DNA of 64,000 bases from Octopus sinensis (taxonomy: Eukaryota). The notes beneath the pieces were generated by a model that saw only the letters and a list, made by a program, of their open reading frames with translations, had not been told where the DNA came from and ran no database searches. Below, one piece after another: positions 51,170 through 64,000 of the stretch. The translations under genes and the position numbers were made by a program. Location of the stretch: NCBI RefSeq assembly GCF_006345805.1, contig NC_043014.1, positions 53,568,001 to 53,632,000 on the forward strand, read 5' to 3'. Within the stretch, counting starts at the first letter, position 1, and every line of letters begins with the position of its first letter.

Positions 51170-51640
51170 AGAACCAGCTGGAGGAATTCAGAGAGCTGTT
51201 ACCTGTTCTTGGCAACAATACACAGCCTCTCTGGGAGAGAAAGGTAAATTGTTTAAAACTTGTGTGCTACATGGTGGTGACATGTGGGCTGTGAATGCAG
51301 AAGACATGCAAAGGCTTGGAAGGAATGAAGCCAGTATGGTCCACTGGATGTACACCCATAAGTGTGCTCATATGACAAAGTACAGATGTGTTGAGAGAAA
51401 AACTGAGCACAAGAGTTATGAGTTATAATGTGCAAGAGAGAAGTCAGCATTGGTATGGTCATGTGATGTGTATGGATGAAGACAGCCCCATAAAAAAAGT
51501 GGAGTAGACCTGTGGAAGAAGAAGAAGACCCTGCAAGATGTGGGACGAAATAGTAAGGAATGAACTCAGGCTGTTGTGACTGATAGAGGAGACCACAAAG
51601 GAGCAAGATGATTGGGGATTGGCTGTGCTCGCCTCAGCAA
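51170..51640 (+). mobile_element. Decayed RTE LINE 3' fragment
   Basis: FRELLP.L...WAVNAEDMQRLGRNEASM...YGHV...RP.K.WDE. Confidence 0.75.
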
Positions 51641-51857
51641 AACTGAGCCTCTAAAAGCATATTGTTTATGGATATATATCTGCACCCTGTCTACTCCTGA
51701 CAAGCCTCACCCCTATAAATCTTCTTAATACTCATCCCTTTGCTACCTTTGTTCCTTACTCACCATATCAACGTCTATGTACCTCTGACCTTGTCCCTGG
51801 CACTGTGCATGTCCCCACACCACCATTTTCTAGCACAGAGACATACTGCTTGCCTTA

Positions 51858-52049
<192 letters not shown>

Positions 52050-52339
52050 TTAGTAGCAGATTGCCATGTACAGGGTCAGGCAGCTAAACAGAGACATTTC
52101 AAAGCTTGGAGCTACAGAAAATGGAAAAACGAGAGCCATGAAACCTTGAAAGTTTCTTTCTTATAACACAAGGATTTGGTATTACTTAATATGTCCACCA
52201 TGAACACTTTGAATCAACTGAATATGGATGCAGAATCAACTGAATATGGTTTTCTACATACTTTGACTGATGTTCTTGTGCAGAATCATGGATGAACATA
52301 ACATTTTTTTCAGATCATAATGCTTAGTAAAAAGTTTAT

Positions 52340-52540
52340 CAAGGCCTGGAATTTTAGGGGGCTAATTGATTACATTAACCCTAGTAGTAAACTGGTACTC
52401 ATTTTATTGGCGCTGAACAGATTAAAAGACAAAGTTAATTAACCCTGGTGAAATTTGAACTCAGAAAGTAAAAAAGCAGGCAAAATGCTGCTAAGCACTT
52501 TGTCTGGTGTGCTAACGACTCTGCTATCTTGCTACCTTTA
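52340..52540 (-). mobile_element. SINE (family of 16185-16650); another copy lies at ~54220-54470
   Basis: Shared aactggtact...tttgaactcag...aaatgctgctaagca...aacga.tctg sequence. Confidence 0.7.
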
Positions 52541-52735
52541 TCCCAATGAAGAATAAATAATTACATACCCATAAATTATCATTAAATACCAATGAATCAA
52601 GTATTGATAAATACCAATAAATTAAAACCCAATGAATTATATAACAAAAAACAAATTTCAAGAAATGGTTTTTGTTATCGTTAAGTGTGCAGAATATATA
52701 AGGATTTTCCTGACGCTCAACAAAAGAAAGAATCA

Positions 52736-53005
<270 letters not shown>

Positions 53006-53382
53006 CTAGAAGTGATTGATGTAAGGAGAAGAAATGTAGGAGTGACGGATATATGTGTGGGGTGGGGCAAGTAAAGTGTCTGGGGTAAAAAGGGGTAGAA
53101 TTTGGGGAAGAGTGGATATGAATGGAGTGGGTGAGGGAAGAAGTTTTTGGTGGGATAAATTAAAATGATTGAGATAGTATTTAGACAGACAAAGAATGAC
53201 TAGGGAAGCTTGCTGGGGTAAGGAGATGGCTGGCTACATATGGGTGGTGAGAGGAAAGTGAGTGTGATTAGGGGTGTAGTTTGTGTGACTGGTGTATATA
53301 ACTAGGGGTAGCACTTGTGTGTGAATTATGGGTTGTGTGTGTATGAATTACATGTGTATGTGTGTGGGGGGATAATATTTAC

Positions 53383-53526
53383 CTTCTCTCCTCCTTTAAT
53401 GTGACATGTGATGCCCTTCAAGACAAGCTCCAACCCTGGCCGATAGCGTAAATCAAAGTTCTCAAAGTCTATGTTACCTTCTTGTGGCCAGGAAGGGTCA
53501 GGACGATGGTCTGTGACCCACGCTGC
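53383..53526 (-). CDS. ABCC1: Gene A exon: AAWVTDHRPDPSWPQEGNIDFENFDLRYRPGLELVLKGITCHIKGGEK
   Basis: Acceptor ttccag, donor AAG/gtaaat; 144 bp; WPxxG and LRYRPGLELVLK motifs. Confidence 0.95.
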
Positions 53527-53635
53527 CTGGAAACAGAAATGATGTTTTGGGTTAGTTGTATACTATGTGTGTGTTTGTAGATTTGAGTTTGGTTGTGTGT
53601 ATGTGCTTCAGGTGTGCATATGAGATTCAGTGTAT

Positions 53636-53717
<82 letters not shown>

Positions 53718-54774
53718 TACAGTCTGAGCATGTGTGGCTCACTATGTATATATGTTGTTGAATGTTATCATTTTGCCTGATGTCAAACCATAAGTAGTGA
53801 GTGGCTCTAAACAACAGCAACACTGGACCTTAGAGTAACATTTAAATGCCACATTGCAAACCAACAAAGGAGTCTGAATATGGCTGCTTGGCTTGCTAGA
53901 AAAACTGTTAAAATCTCCCTCAAATCACAGTCTTGAAATCCATTGTGTTTGAATAATAGGCAGGATGGTTCTCTCTCTCTCTCTCACCCACAACATCTTT
54001 AGACCACTGCTCTCAATATCCTCAAACTGGCATGGCAACTAGGATTTGGATCATGAGTCTGATCAGAGCTGACAAACGGTTAAGCTATAACATGGGATAA
54101 TAGTGTAAACACACACAAACCCAAATTATAACCTACTGAATAGTTGGTTGAGTTCATGTTAAAGTATTTCATGTCCAAAGCATTAAAGTATCTAATTAGA
54201 GATAATCATTTGGTGAGACAGAAACAATCCTTTCTTATTTTGGCACAAGGCCGGCAATTTCAAGGGGTGTGGGGAAGTTGGTTTCCTTGACCTCAGTGCT
54301 CAACTGGTATTTCTATTATCAACCCTGAAAGGACGAAAAGTAAAGTCAGCCTTGGTGGCATTTGAACTGAGAGCACAGAGTCCGAAGAAATGCTGCTAAG
54401 CAATTTACCCAGTGTGGTAGCAGTGTTGTCCAGCACAGTAACGATTCTGCCGGCTCACTGCCTTACAAGAAGAAATAAGACTAACCAATGACTTATACTA
54501 TTGTCGTCATTGTTGCAGAAATTATGAGAGACAACAGCAAACATATTTCAGTCTTATTCTGACCCATGCAGTAAATGCAAAACCTTCAGCATACTTGCTG
54601 AAGTAGTGAGGAAAGAAGTATTACATAAATGTATGAGATTGTTTATTGGCTGATTTAGAGAAGGAAATGGTTCAGAAATGCCATCTGCTTGGAATAACAA
54701 CAGCTAAGTTAGCATTACAAACTATTCTGCACAACAAAAGCTACAGCCACCACCAATGTTGCCGTTGTACCCAC

Positions 54775-54876
54775 CTCATTCTCTATATTGCAGTATTCCC
54801 GTATTCGTTCAACAGACACAATGTTGGCCTCCAGGTCACTCCTAACACGTATGAACCATCCAAGGAAGAAATTTAT
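54775..54876 (-). CDS. ABCC1: Gene A exon: INFFLGWFIRVRSDLEANIVSVERIREYCNIENE
   Basis: Acceptor ttccag, donor GAG/gtgggt; 102 bp; motif ExNIVSVERIxEY. Confidence 0.93.
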
Positions 54877-56162
54877 CTGGAAAAAACAAATAGAAGTAAT
54901 TTTTTATTGTTCTTTAGCATAAAGAGTTATAGGTAATTATTCAACTTTATTTCTCCTCCTTGCTATTTCAGTATTAATCATTATTATGACCAAGAAAGCA
55001 TCTAGAAGTAGCAACCAAATTGCTCTGCTGTGTTACAAAAGGACATGTTGGATACTGTGAGGTTGTCGCAGGTGAAATACTTTTGATCATAGGTTTATTC
55101 AGTCATGGCAGCCTCAGGTTAAACAGCCACAAAAATCATCATGATCACTTTTATGATGGGTCCAACATGATCCCCTGACCCAGTGATTAGGTATTGGTCA
55201 TTGGTTATCTTTACTGGAGGATTTATACTGGAATCCTTCTTGTTCTTACTTTGTTCATGATTGTTCCTATATACATTGACCAAATAATGTTCAGGTTAAG
55301 TCTTGGGGCTGCATCAATCTCACCAGTCTACCAAAGTAAGGGTTATAAATCATACATTCAAAGGGCTACAGTACAGTTTCCATTTAAGAAATTCTGCTCA
55401 TATAGTATTCATCAAACTGAAACTACAGAAGAAGAGGCTTATGCAAAGTGCTGCACAACAGCACTGAACCTGGAATCAGGAATGTGAAACAAGGGAAGGG
55501 TGGGCCAGCTCAGTCATTCTTTAATAATGGACGGACAAAATATAAAAATGTATATAAGCCATTTTGAATGCTTGAACCACATGTTCCTGGTTGTTATGCT
55601 TAGAGCAACATAGACGAGTTTAATGTTAGTCTAAGACTGAGAGAAAAAATCCCTATCTGTATTAAATTGTAAGGAAAAAAATAGTTAACAAGGAAGCTTC
55701 TGTGTCAATAGTGGTGGGAGCTTTTTAGGAGCAAAAATGAATTTTAAATATGTACGAATTGGTAAGAATGCATATGTGTTGATAAAAATTATCTTTAATT
55801 TTAGAATTCATTGGTATATACTGTATTAACTTTCTGTTTTTTTAAATGGGTTTTTAGAGATTTTATCAACCCATTTCAAATTTTTTGAATGAAGGTGAAA
55901 AGTTCAGCTGTGGTGAGAGGATCTTTGCCCTTGCTTTTCGGAAGTTGCTTGAATTATTAGAAATAGCAGTCAACTCCCTCAAATCCTACCATACTGTCTT
56001 TAACAAAAAGAGAAAGACTTAACAAAGAACTAAACAACAACATTAAGGAAAATATAAATGTCATACTAGAAGGAAAGAAGGAAATATAAAGCTGAAGGCT
56101 TGGAAAACTTGTCTTGGAAGGATGGATAGACAATAGTGATAGTATTAAAAAAATCGCCTTAC

Positions 56163-56283
56163 ACTTAACGCATAGCTCAGGGAAAGTCCAATATTTCCAT
56201 GGGAAGCACCAAATGCAATGGCAAAGATTGCTGAACAAACAATATTGGTGTTTCCAATAAGATCAATACGTATGCTCAACCAC
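56163..56283 (-). CDS. ABCC1: Gene A exon: (R)WLSIRIDLIGNTNIVCSAIFAIAFGASHGNIGLSLSYALS
   Basis: Not in the ORF track. Acceptor cattaag after a pyrimidine tract, donor gtaagg; 121 bp, phase 2 to 0; matches RWLxxRLE...GLSxSYAL. Confidence 0.9.
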
Positions 56284-56559
56284 CTTAATGAAGGAAGACA
56301 AAACATTGAAGAAAAAGAGTTTTAAAGATAATAAAATAAGATTACAATAAAAATTAAGTATTTGTTTCTAGTTTTGAGAATAACAGATTTCTAATACATG
56401 GTTTGTCAGAAAAATTGTAAAATGCAGTGGAATTGTCAGTGATCAGGTCATAAGTGTGCAATGAAACTTCTCAGTACTTTATAGTTTTATATACTAATTT
56501 TATCATGCTTGTATTGGTCAGACAAAATTTTTTGAGGGAGATTTTTTTTATGCATCATT

Positions 56560-56990
56560 GCTGTTCATACACAGGCATCATTTGATCTGCTTTTCATTCT
56601 GACATTTTTGTTACCAAAAGCGGTAAAAGTTCTCTGCATTTTCTACAGCCATTTCATAGTCTAGCAGCTATATTTTCAGAGCATCTCCTCCACTGCTAAT
56701 CAGGTCAACTAGATAATAGAATGTAGCTGCTACTTCTATGGAGCTTCCTGAGCATTTCAGAACACCCACTTCCTCTATACTCATATTCATTGCTCCTGCA
56801 CATCTGACACAAACAAATTCTACTTTCTGTTAGTCTTCTGGCGATTCCACTGCATCTCTAACATGCCCACAGTCTGCACTGAGCACACTGAGCGGAACAT
56901 TTGGCGACTCTCCTTCTCTCATTCATTCACCACATTTAGCATCCTTTCCAGGTTGGAAATGTATGGCAAAACTCTGATACTTTGAAAAAG
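56560..56990 (-). mobile_element. Decayed RTE LINE fragment
   Basis: EFVCVRCAGA...IEV..TFYYL.DLISSGG, matching the 30800-31070 RTE segment. Confidence 0.6.
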
Positions 56991-57036
56991 ACTGTGTAAA
57001 AGACTAACCTAAAATCCATTAAAAATTAATATAATG

Positions 57037-57070
<34 letters not shown>

Positions 57071-57933
57071 CAGTTTAAATGGTTAAGATTGAATAATATC
57101 TCAGTTTCAACTCACAATCTCAAATGAAGTCACCTTCTAAATAACATGTACAACTTCCAAATTGTAAAATAACTATTAGCTAGAATTATAATAGCCAATA
57201 AAATTTAATGTTTTTATATTTACAGATGGTATGAATACATCATTTAATATCTCCTTGCGCTTGCATAAAGGCTCCATCATTGGTTTATTGTAGTATGCTG
57301 TAGTGTTGTCCTTTTGGTTCCAGGTCCGTATATTAAACAGAAAGATAATCAAAGATTTCCAACTGTAACTATGCTGACAGTTATATCCTAAATGCAGTCA
57401 GTAAGTACCCCAAATATAGTAAGTCTATTTTATAGTAGTAGGAACACATTTTGAACATTCTCAATATGTGCTTTTCAAAGTATAAAATTGTAGAAGAAAG
57501 ACAGATAAATATAACACTGAAGCTAGATAAGAAGATGGAATCAAAACAGCTCCAAGTTCACATGGAACAAGAAGAAATCTCTTAATTGATTCCGCACTGG
57601 ATCTGATGTCATCAGTGACATTGAAGTGAGAGTGAAGTATAATGTAGGATGTTCTTTCTGCAACTGAAGAACTTGATACCCTTTGTTGTTTGGATGATTT
57701 GAAGAGTAACATGAAGAATGTACAACATCGTGTAAAAAGGGTGGAGAGATTTGACACAAAATAAGGCAAGTTTTGATGCAGGAAAGGATTGTTGTTGCTG
57801 TTTAGCACTAGATCAGTTCTGATCGAACAGAAAACCTATGATAACAGAAGTAATATAAAAAAAAGATAAGTAAAACACAGGATGGTGCATTGAGTATAGG
57901 ATCATTTATAGAATATTCCAGAACTCTGCTTAC

Positions 57934-58133
57934 CTGTTGATGATAAGTAAAGCACTGTTTGCAAGAAGATTTTCATTAATTAAATCATCAAAGAGATTAA
58001 TGAAGTATGACGGCATACGGTATGCTCGAATACTGTTGACCCCAAGGACTGTCTCACCAAACAAGCTGTATATAGGAGAACGACTCACTGACTCAATGCG
58101 TTTGAGTTGCCGGGAAGCTGGTATAAAATATCT
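57934..58133 (-). CDS. ABCC1: Gene A exon: RYFIPASRQLKRIESVSRSPIYSLFGETVLGVNSIRAY...LIIN
   Basis: Acceptor ttccag, donor AG/gtaagc; 200 bp; motif SRQLKRxESxSRSPIYSxFxET. Confidence 0.95.
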
Positions 58134-59631
58134 CTGGAATACATCAAAACACAGATTATCTTCCAAAGACATTTTTCTTATAATATATGAAAAAAGCAAA
58201 TCAAGCGTATTCAATAAAACTGAAATATGTCCAGATTGTTATCAGAAGTACCAAAGATCAGATTCACCCCTTATTGCATATACTCATTCAATTTGTAATT
58301 CATTTGAATTTTAGACACATCTCCTTTCATAACCAGAATTTATTCTTGAAGCTAATAATTTATTCTCTTGTCTGCTGCAAGCATAATTTTTTGCCAGTTA
58401 AAAATAATATGGAAACTCATTAAATTATGTTTGTGAGTTTCCTACTCGACTTAACTCTATATTTTCAGTTGTTTATAAACAAATTTCACTACAATGGAGT
58501 GTAACCTCACTTAGTGATGTTAGTGTCTAAAAAGCAATTACAACATTCAATCTTTTTGATATAGCTTGAACATTTTGCAGCATAGTTCAAATCTGGATAT
58601 AAATCAAAGGACAGAGGGACTCTTGTAACTAATTGGAATATCAGTCTGAAGAATCTGACACTGAAGTTAGATTTTAAAAATCAGTTTGAAATAACTCAAG
58701 AGATCACCCCTTATTACTCATCATTTTCTTATTAATTGGCATAGTCTACAATAAGCTGACAAGGAAGTCTCTGAACAGTTGCTCAAGCCACAAGAAATAG
58801 CAGTCAAATCTCCCTCAAGTTACACTGTGGTTTTGAAAAGAAGGAGAAACATTGAATAGTATATTTCTAATATTTGCATAATATTCAAAAAGAAGAAATG
58901 GTTGGAATGCTTTTGGTTGTCATTCAGTGAGGAATAAATAATAATGATAACATATTCTAAAGTTAGACTTTAAATAGAAGAGTGTCTTGTAGTACAACAG
59001 TACATAAGCAAATAAGGACGTTCTTAAATGATACATGAGAACATGAGTTGTTCCTCTTGATATGAATCCAGAATGAATACAGATTTGGATTTCTGACAAA
59101 GGAGGAAGGGATTCAGGGACCATAAAAAGGTGGTGTAACATATACAGTGTACTTGGGACTGGGAATTTTCTGGGTTATATGTTTACATTTATTGGTGACT
59201 AGCATTCAGAGAAGGGAACAAGAACCCCAAAAGGTTTTGTAGTCACTGATAAAATTCCTTTTAAAAGCTCTATGAAGTATGTACAGAAGTGGCTCCCAAA
59301 TAGTGTGCCATGACATACTGGAATGCTGTGAAATGTAGTTGCACAAAAAAATTCTAAATTTGCATTTTAAAAAATGAGAAAATAAAAATACGTGCCAAAA
59401 TTCTAAATTTGAAGTCTCATTAACTTTCCTTCGTTTATTGAATAACGAAGTGAGTATTTGAGAATTTTCTGTAATTCAAGTTATTTATATTTAAAGACTA
59501 AATTACATAAATACATTTTTTGACTTCATGCATAAGATGTTTATCTTAATTTGTATACAGAACAAAAGAAGAGAGAGAATGACAACTTTCTTGCTTGCAT
59601 GGGTTGGCAGGGAGGAAAAAGAGGCACTGAC

Positions 59632-59942
59632 CTGGATTACATAGTAAACAACTGCTAGAGGTAGTATTGCGATTAGTACAATGGGTGTTGTGTAACATAT
59701 CAAGAAAAGTGCAGTGATGATGATGAACATTGTGCGAATAATCTGACGCACAATCAATGGTATAACCATATCAACTGTGTCAATGTCTTTTGAGAATCGG
59801 TTGATGATGCGACCTAAAGGTGTAGTGTCGAAGAATTTCATTGGACATCGTATAATGTTTGCAATGAGTTGAGTATGTAATTTCTTAGCGCCACCCAAAA
59901 GTGAAAATGCAGCAATAATTGAGTAGCAGAGGACACAGAATG
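59632..59942 (-). CDS. ABCC1: Gene A exon: SFCVLCYSIIAAFSLLGGAKKLH...FFDTTPLGRIINRFSKDIDTVD...YYVIQ
   Basis: Acceptor tctcag, donor CAG/gtcagt; 311 bp; hallmark ABCC motif FFDTTPxGRIxNRFSKD. Confidence 0.95.
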
Positions 59943-60814
59943 CTGAGAAAAGAGAAGATGGTTAAGAGAAAATAAAAAAAAAAACGTTGAAGAAATCTGG
60001 TAAAAACAAATATTTAAACAAATGAGATAAATCTTTTTAACTTCTTTCATTTTTTTACTCTCTTCAATATAATATTTCACACAATATACAGTGTTGTTGT
60101 TAGGGTGAGGGTTAGGGTTAATCCTAGTTCAAGTAAACTTATGATCAAGAACTATCCAATCTTTTTAAAGAAATCTAGAACCACAATATCCAAAGTCTTT
60201 TTTCTCTCAATTTCTGAATTGAGTTGGATGAGATTTGATGGTGATTTGACAGCTATTTCTCTCAAGACAAGTGATTGAGTATAGGCTCCTTCTTCACTGA
60301 CTTATCACCCACAACTTTATTCTTGTTTCACTCCAGGTCAGCCATGATCAAACAGATTTACAATGAAAGACATAGCAACTTTGACCATCTGTCCTTTTGC
60401 ATACACAGGACAACATTAAAAAAGAAAAGGAAGATGACATTATCCAAGGTATGCTAACTTTACTGTTCCAAATGTTAGAGTGATCTGAGGGAGCCCTGCC
60501 TGCCATTTCTAGTATTTCATTTCTCCTGCTTTTTTTTTACACTTAAATTACCAAGCTGATTTTTGGTCATGTAGACGTTCATTAACCAATAAATTCTTGT
60601 GAGTATCCTTTTATATGCGTTTTAATGGAGAACTGATGGAACTTGGGCAAATGACAAGTTAAATAAAAGGACAGGCATAACCATGTGTGAACTCCTGGTT
60701 ATTGGTAAGCCACAATACAAGCTTCGATTTTTGAACAGCACAAATCAAACTGCATCGCAAAAGGAAATCAATTTATAAGAAAACCACAGAAAAATTGTTC
60801 ACAATTAGTTAAAA

Positions 60815-62690
60815 CTAGCAGTATAACCTGGCATTGCCCGGAATTATGTTAGGTTTAGTAATTGATCAAGCACTTTATCTCAAACCAAAATAAGTGACAC
60901 TGACATCAAATTTGAGCGAAATCCGTTGAAATTAGTAAACATTTGGCTAAAAATGGGTTGCAGGCAATTTGATTGGGAAATCCCATAAGAAATTGGTTTA
61001 TCGATTATTTCCACTCATCAATTGTTTTTTCTTTTTTTTTTTTGAGAACTTAAAGCATTCAAAGATCTCATGAGTCCTAAGTAATGCTGGCATCAAGTTT
61101 GAACAAAATATGTCAAAATTGGTAAAAGTTATGGTTGAAAATGGGGTGTAGCCAATTTTAGTGGGAAATCCAATAAGGAATCAGTTTATCAATTTTTTAT
61201 CCTGACTGAATGGAAAACCACAAATGGATGCCTGCCACTGATAGTGTTTGGCCTTGGGATTTGTTGATGGACATGGCGAAGCATGGTCTCACCAGGAACT
61301 GCGATCTGCGGAAGTTAAACGTCATGTCTAACCCTGAGGGATAAAGCTGCATCCTTGAAATGAAAACATTTTCACCCCTCCCGCACTCTGTAACAATGGT
61401 GGCCTCAGTCAAGTGAGACATCAGGGACTTGATTACTAAGCGGGTCCTGTTGCACTGTTTAGATGGAAGCAAGTTTCTGATTAGCATAATTGGGCATCCA
61501 ACCCTTAGCCTAAGAATGTGAGATGGAAACCCTGCTGGCTCTAATGAGTTGAGAAACTCAATAGGGTAATTGACAATGTCTTGGGGGTCAGAGGTCCGGT
61601 CAATCGATTTGTAGATGCACTCCTCACCCAGATTTCGGATTATGAGCTGGTTGTCGATAGCGCTGACAGCTACGTTTTTGGGGGCCAGGATTGTTCTTTC
61701 ACTGAGCCAATTGATGTCTGCATAATTACTTTCCAGATTGGGGAAGACTGTTTCCAAAGATCGGAAGAGTTGTCCACGGTGTTGCACAGTTCAGAGATGG
61801 ATATGTTGCCCCTATCATTCCTAGGGACCTTGCCTTCTCCAAGGGCTAAAGTGTCTTCAGTAAATGCTGCCGTCGTGCTATCACCAAGCAAGTGCGCAAG
61901 CATGTTTGTGCTTAGGCTTAAGGTCTTAACCTGGCGCCACAACGTGGATGACTTAAGGCATGCACGTACTTCATTAGCCTGGCTCCCTTTAGGGATGACA
62001 GAAAGGGTTTGCTGGAAATCTCCTGAAAGCAATAGAGTTACACCACCCATAGAAGCTGTAGAGTCCCTGATACCTTTCAGTGACCGGTCCAGTGCCTCAA
62101 GTGCACCCTTATTGGTCATTGTGCATTCATCCCATACAATGAGACGGCACTGTCTAAGAACTTCAGCTTCCTCTGAATTTTTGCCAATGTTGCAAGTAGG
62201 AACCTTGGCCCTCACCAAATGTAAAGGCAGCTTGAATGCCGAGTACACCATCCTACCTCCCGGCAATGACGTAGCAGCAATTCCTGAGGAAGCAACGGCT
62301 AGCACAATTTGTTTCTCACGACGTATCTTAGCAAGTATTAATTGTGTTACAAAGGATTTGCCGATACCTCTAGCAGCATCGAGGAAAAAAATGCTGCCCA
62401 CCTGTTTTTCAACAGCACTGATGAGAGTTTTGTACACCAGTTTCTGATCAGGGAGCAATTTCAGTTCATTTACTCTCAGGTACTCCGCAAGGCCATCAGT
62501 GTCTTATGACAACTCCAGAAGTAACTTTGGTGGGAGTATGTTAATGTCATGTTGCAATGAGGATGGCAAACTGAATGTGTTCAATGCTGCCATTTTGAGC
62601 AGGGCATCCTCAATTTCAATCAACGCATTATTGTAGATCAGGTCATTGTATCCAATGTCAGCATTAGGGCACTGTTGCTTTGCCAGTCAC
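60815..62690 (-). mobile_element. Helitron, 5'-truncated: PIF1-type helicase remnant plus intact 3' terminus
   Basis: Helicase motifs GIGKS, VASSGIAAT.LPGGR, LIVWDECTM, LLSGDFQQ, ILAPKN, YP.EFLNSLEP.G.P.H.L.L.VG, FAMSINKSQGQTL, with a frameshift near 61.7-61.8 kb. The 3' end is the hairpin CCGGGC-AAT-GCCAGG (60827-60841), an 8-nt spacer and CTAG (60815-60818) followed by T. Confidence 0.92.
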
Positions 62691-62846
62691 CATTTGCCTT
62701 AACCACCAAGAAAGCAAAATTACATACAGAGGATTTCATAAACAGAAATGAATGGAAAAAATGGTTTTAGATTAAATTTTTGCATGATTTTCATTAAGAA
62801 AATAAAACAACATCAGCATTTCCACACACAAAAATTGAATACTTAC

Positions 62847-63084
62847 ACTGCAGAGCTCCAAATCCACCATAGACTCCCAGGTAGAATGTGGCACGATTTT
62901 CTGGGGCAATATTGAAAACAGCTGTACCAGTGCCATTAACATCAGTTTCATCCTCAGACCACCAGCTCAACCAGATACTGCTAAAGATAACAAAAACCTG
63001 GAAGCAAAAGTAGAAACTAAGGCCCACTATGGTGGACCGCAGACCAATAGACATGATGTATGTCTTGAAGACATTCAACTGAAC
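62847..63084 (-). CDS. ABCC1: Gene A exon: VQLNVFKTYIMSIG...FYLGVYGGFGALQ (start of TMD2)
   Basis: Acceptor ttacag/GTT, donor CAGT/gtaagt; 238 bp, phase 0 to 1; MRP-like WLSWWSED and LGVYGGFG. Confidence 0.92.
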
Positions 63085-63469
63085 CTGTAATTAAGAGAGA
63101 CAGAAAAAGAGGTTGGAGACAATGAAAGAGCAAGAGAGAGTATAAAGATGCTAAAACATGCAAAGTTAAAGAAAAAAAAAATTGATGCAAAGAGAGGGAA
63201 AGTGTGAAAGTAATTTAAGGTAAAATTGCAAACATTTTCTTTTTAGGAAACACACACTCATAATTTAATTATTAGCAATGGGAGCAGCATCAATACTGAA
63301 ACGTAATCTTTATATCCAACTGAACATGGATTCTGGTTAGAATGCTGACTACTGCATTATCAGTCTTGAGAGATTCTCACATGTAGCTGTTAGGTGTATA
63401 GAAGCATACACATAAATCGTAGCAGATGAGAATCATCTGTCATGGGTGCCAGAACTCCCATATCATTTG

Positions 63470-63539
<70 letters not shown>

Positions 63540-63541
<2 letters not shown>

Positions 63542-64000
63542 CAGGATGCATAAAGTATTTGAGGAAATATCTTTTTCAGGTCATTGCTGCATGTTTTGCT
63601 CATTCTGTGTTATCTTTGTTTCAGAAAATAATAATGGTAGGCCCTCAGCTTACTCAAGAAATGAAGAGGCAAGCTGTTATTGTGGTTATAATGGCTGAGC
63701 ATAACGATTTAGAAATATCTTGGTTTTTTTAAAAATTACCAGATCTTTCATCTTCAAAGTTTGTAAGGAGTTAGAGACTAAAGATGGAAACATATCAAAA
63801 CATAAAAAGCATTCTATATGCTCTGAAATCAGAGCATATACCTGAATTTATCCAGCAAGTTCAACAGACCATTGATTACTATCCCAGAAAGTCCATGAGG
63901 TCAATTGCAAAAGATCTCCACATGGCAGAAGGAACAATCAGAAATGTTGGCCACAAAGACATCAGATATAAGTCTTATATGGTGAGGAAAGGTTACTTTG
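63540..64000 (+). mobile_element. Tc1/mariner-type element, left end and N-terminal DNA-binding region, inserted after (TA)n; runs off the window
   Basis: Starts TACAGGATG after a (TA)n run; translates to MKRQAVIV...EIS.F...EF.QQVQ..ID..PRKSMRSIAKDL....TIRN...DIRYKSY (HTH region), with frameshifts. Confidence 0.7.

Noticed and set aside
57224-57362. 139-bp open pseudo-exon with the same phases (2 to 0) as the TM16-17 exon, a possible mutually exclusive alternative
   Set aside because: It has a poor pyrimidine tract and a hydrophilic translation (WKSLIIFLFNIRTWNQKDN...) with no ABCC similarity. The true exon is 56163-56283.
61581-62447. 288-aa plus-strand ORF
   Set aside because: It is the antisense shadow of the Helitron helicase, with no recognisable motifs.

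Overview
AT-rich animal genomic DNA with many introns. The (GAT)n-tailed RTE LINEs, tRNA-derived SINEs and dense (AT)n/(CA)n microsatellites resemble an octopod (Octopus-like) genome; this is an inference. I reconstructed 30 GT-AG coding exons by hand, all on the minus strand, belonging to two head-to-tail long ABCC (MRP1/2/3-type) ABC transporter genes. Gene A contributes its last 10 exons (63084 to stop at 47433; TMD2+NBD2; 582 aa). Gene B contributes its first 20 coding exons (ATG 41723 to 69; TMD0, L0, TMD1, NBD1 and linker; about 954 codons) and runs off the window start. Gene B exon 5 is 1 bp short (T3 where T4 is needed), giving a frameshift that is either an assembly error or a recent lesion. 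Introns and the 5.7-kb intergenic gap are packed with mobile elements: RTE, CR1 and R4/Dong-like LINEs, SINEs, Tc1/mariner relics, a Helitron with an intact 3' end, an unclassified TIR transposon and several large palindromes. The most unusual non-coding structures are a near-identical ~495-bp tandem-plus-inverted foldback array inside an (AT)n tract (13.1-15.0 kb) and a three-layer nested palindrome carrying TTAGGG repeats upstream of gene B (44.8-46.8 kb). No rRNA, bona fide tRNA, CRISPR array or prokaryote-type system was found. Exon coordinates were counted by hand; repeat boundaries are approximate.
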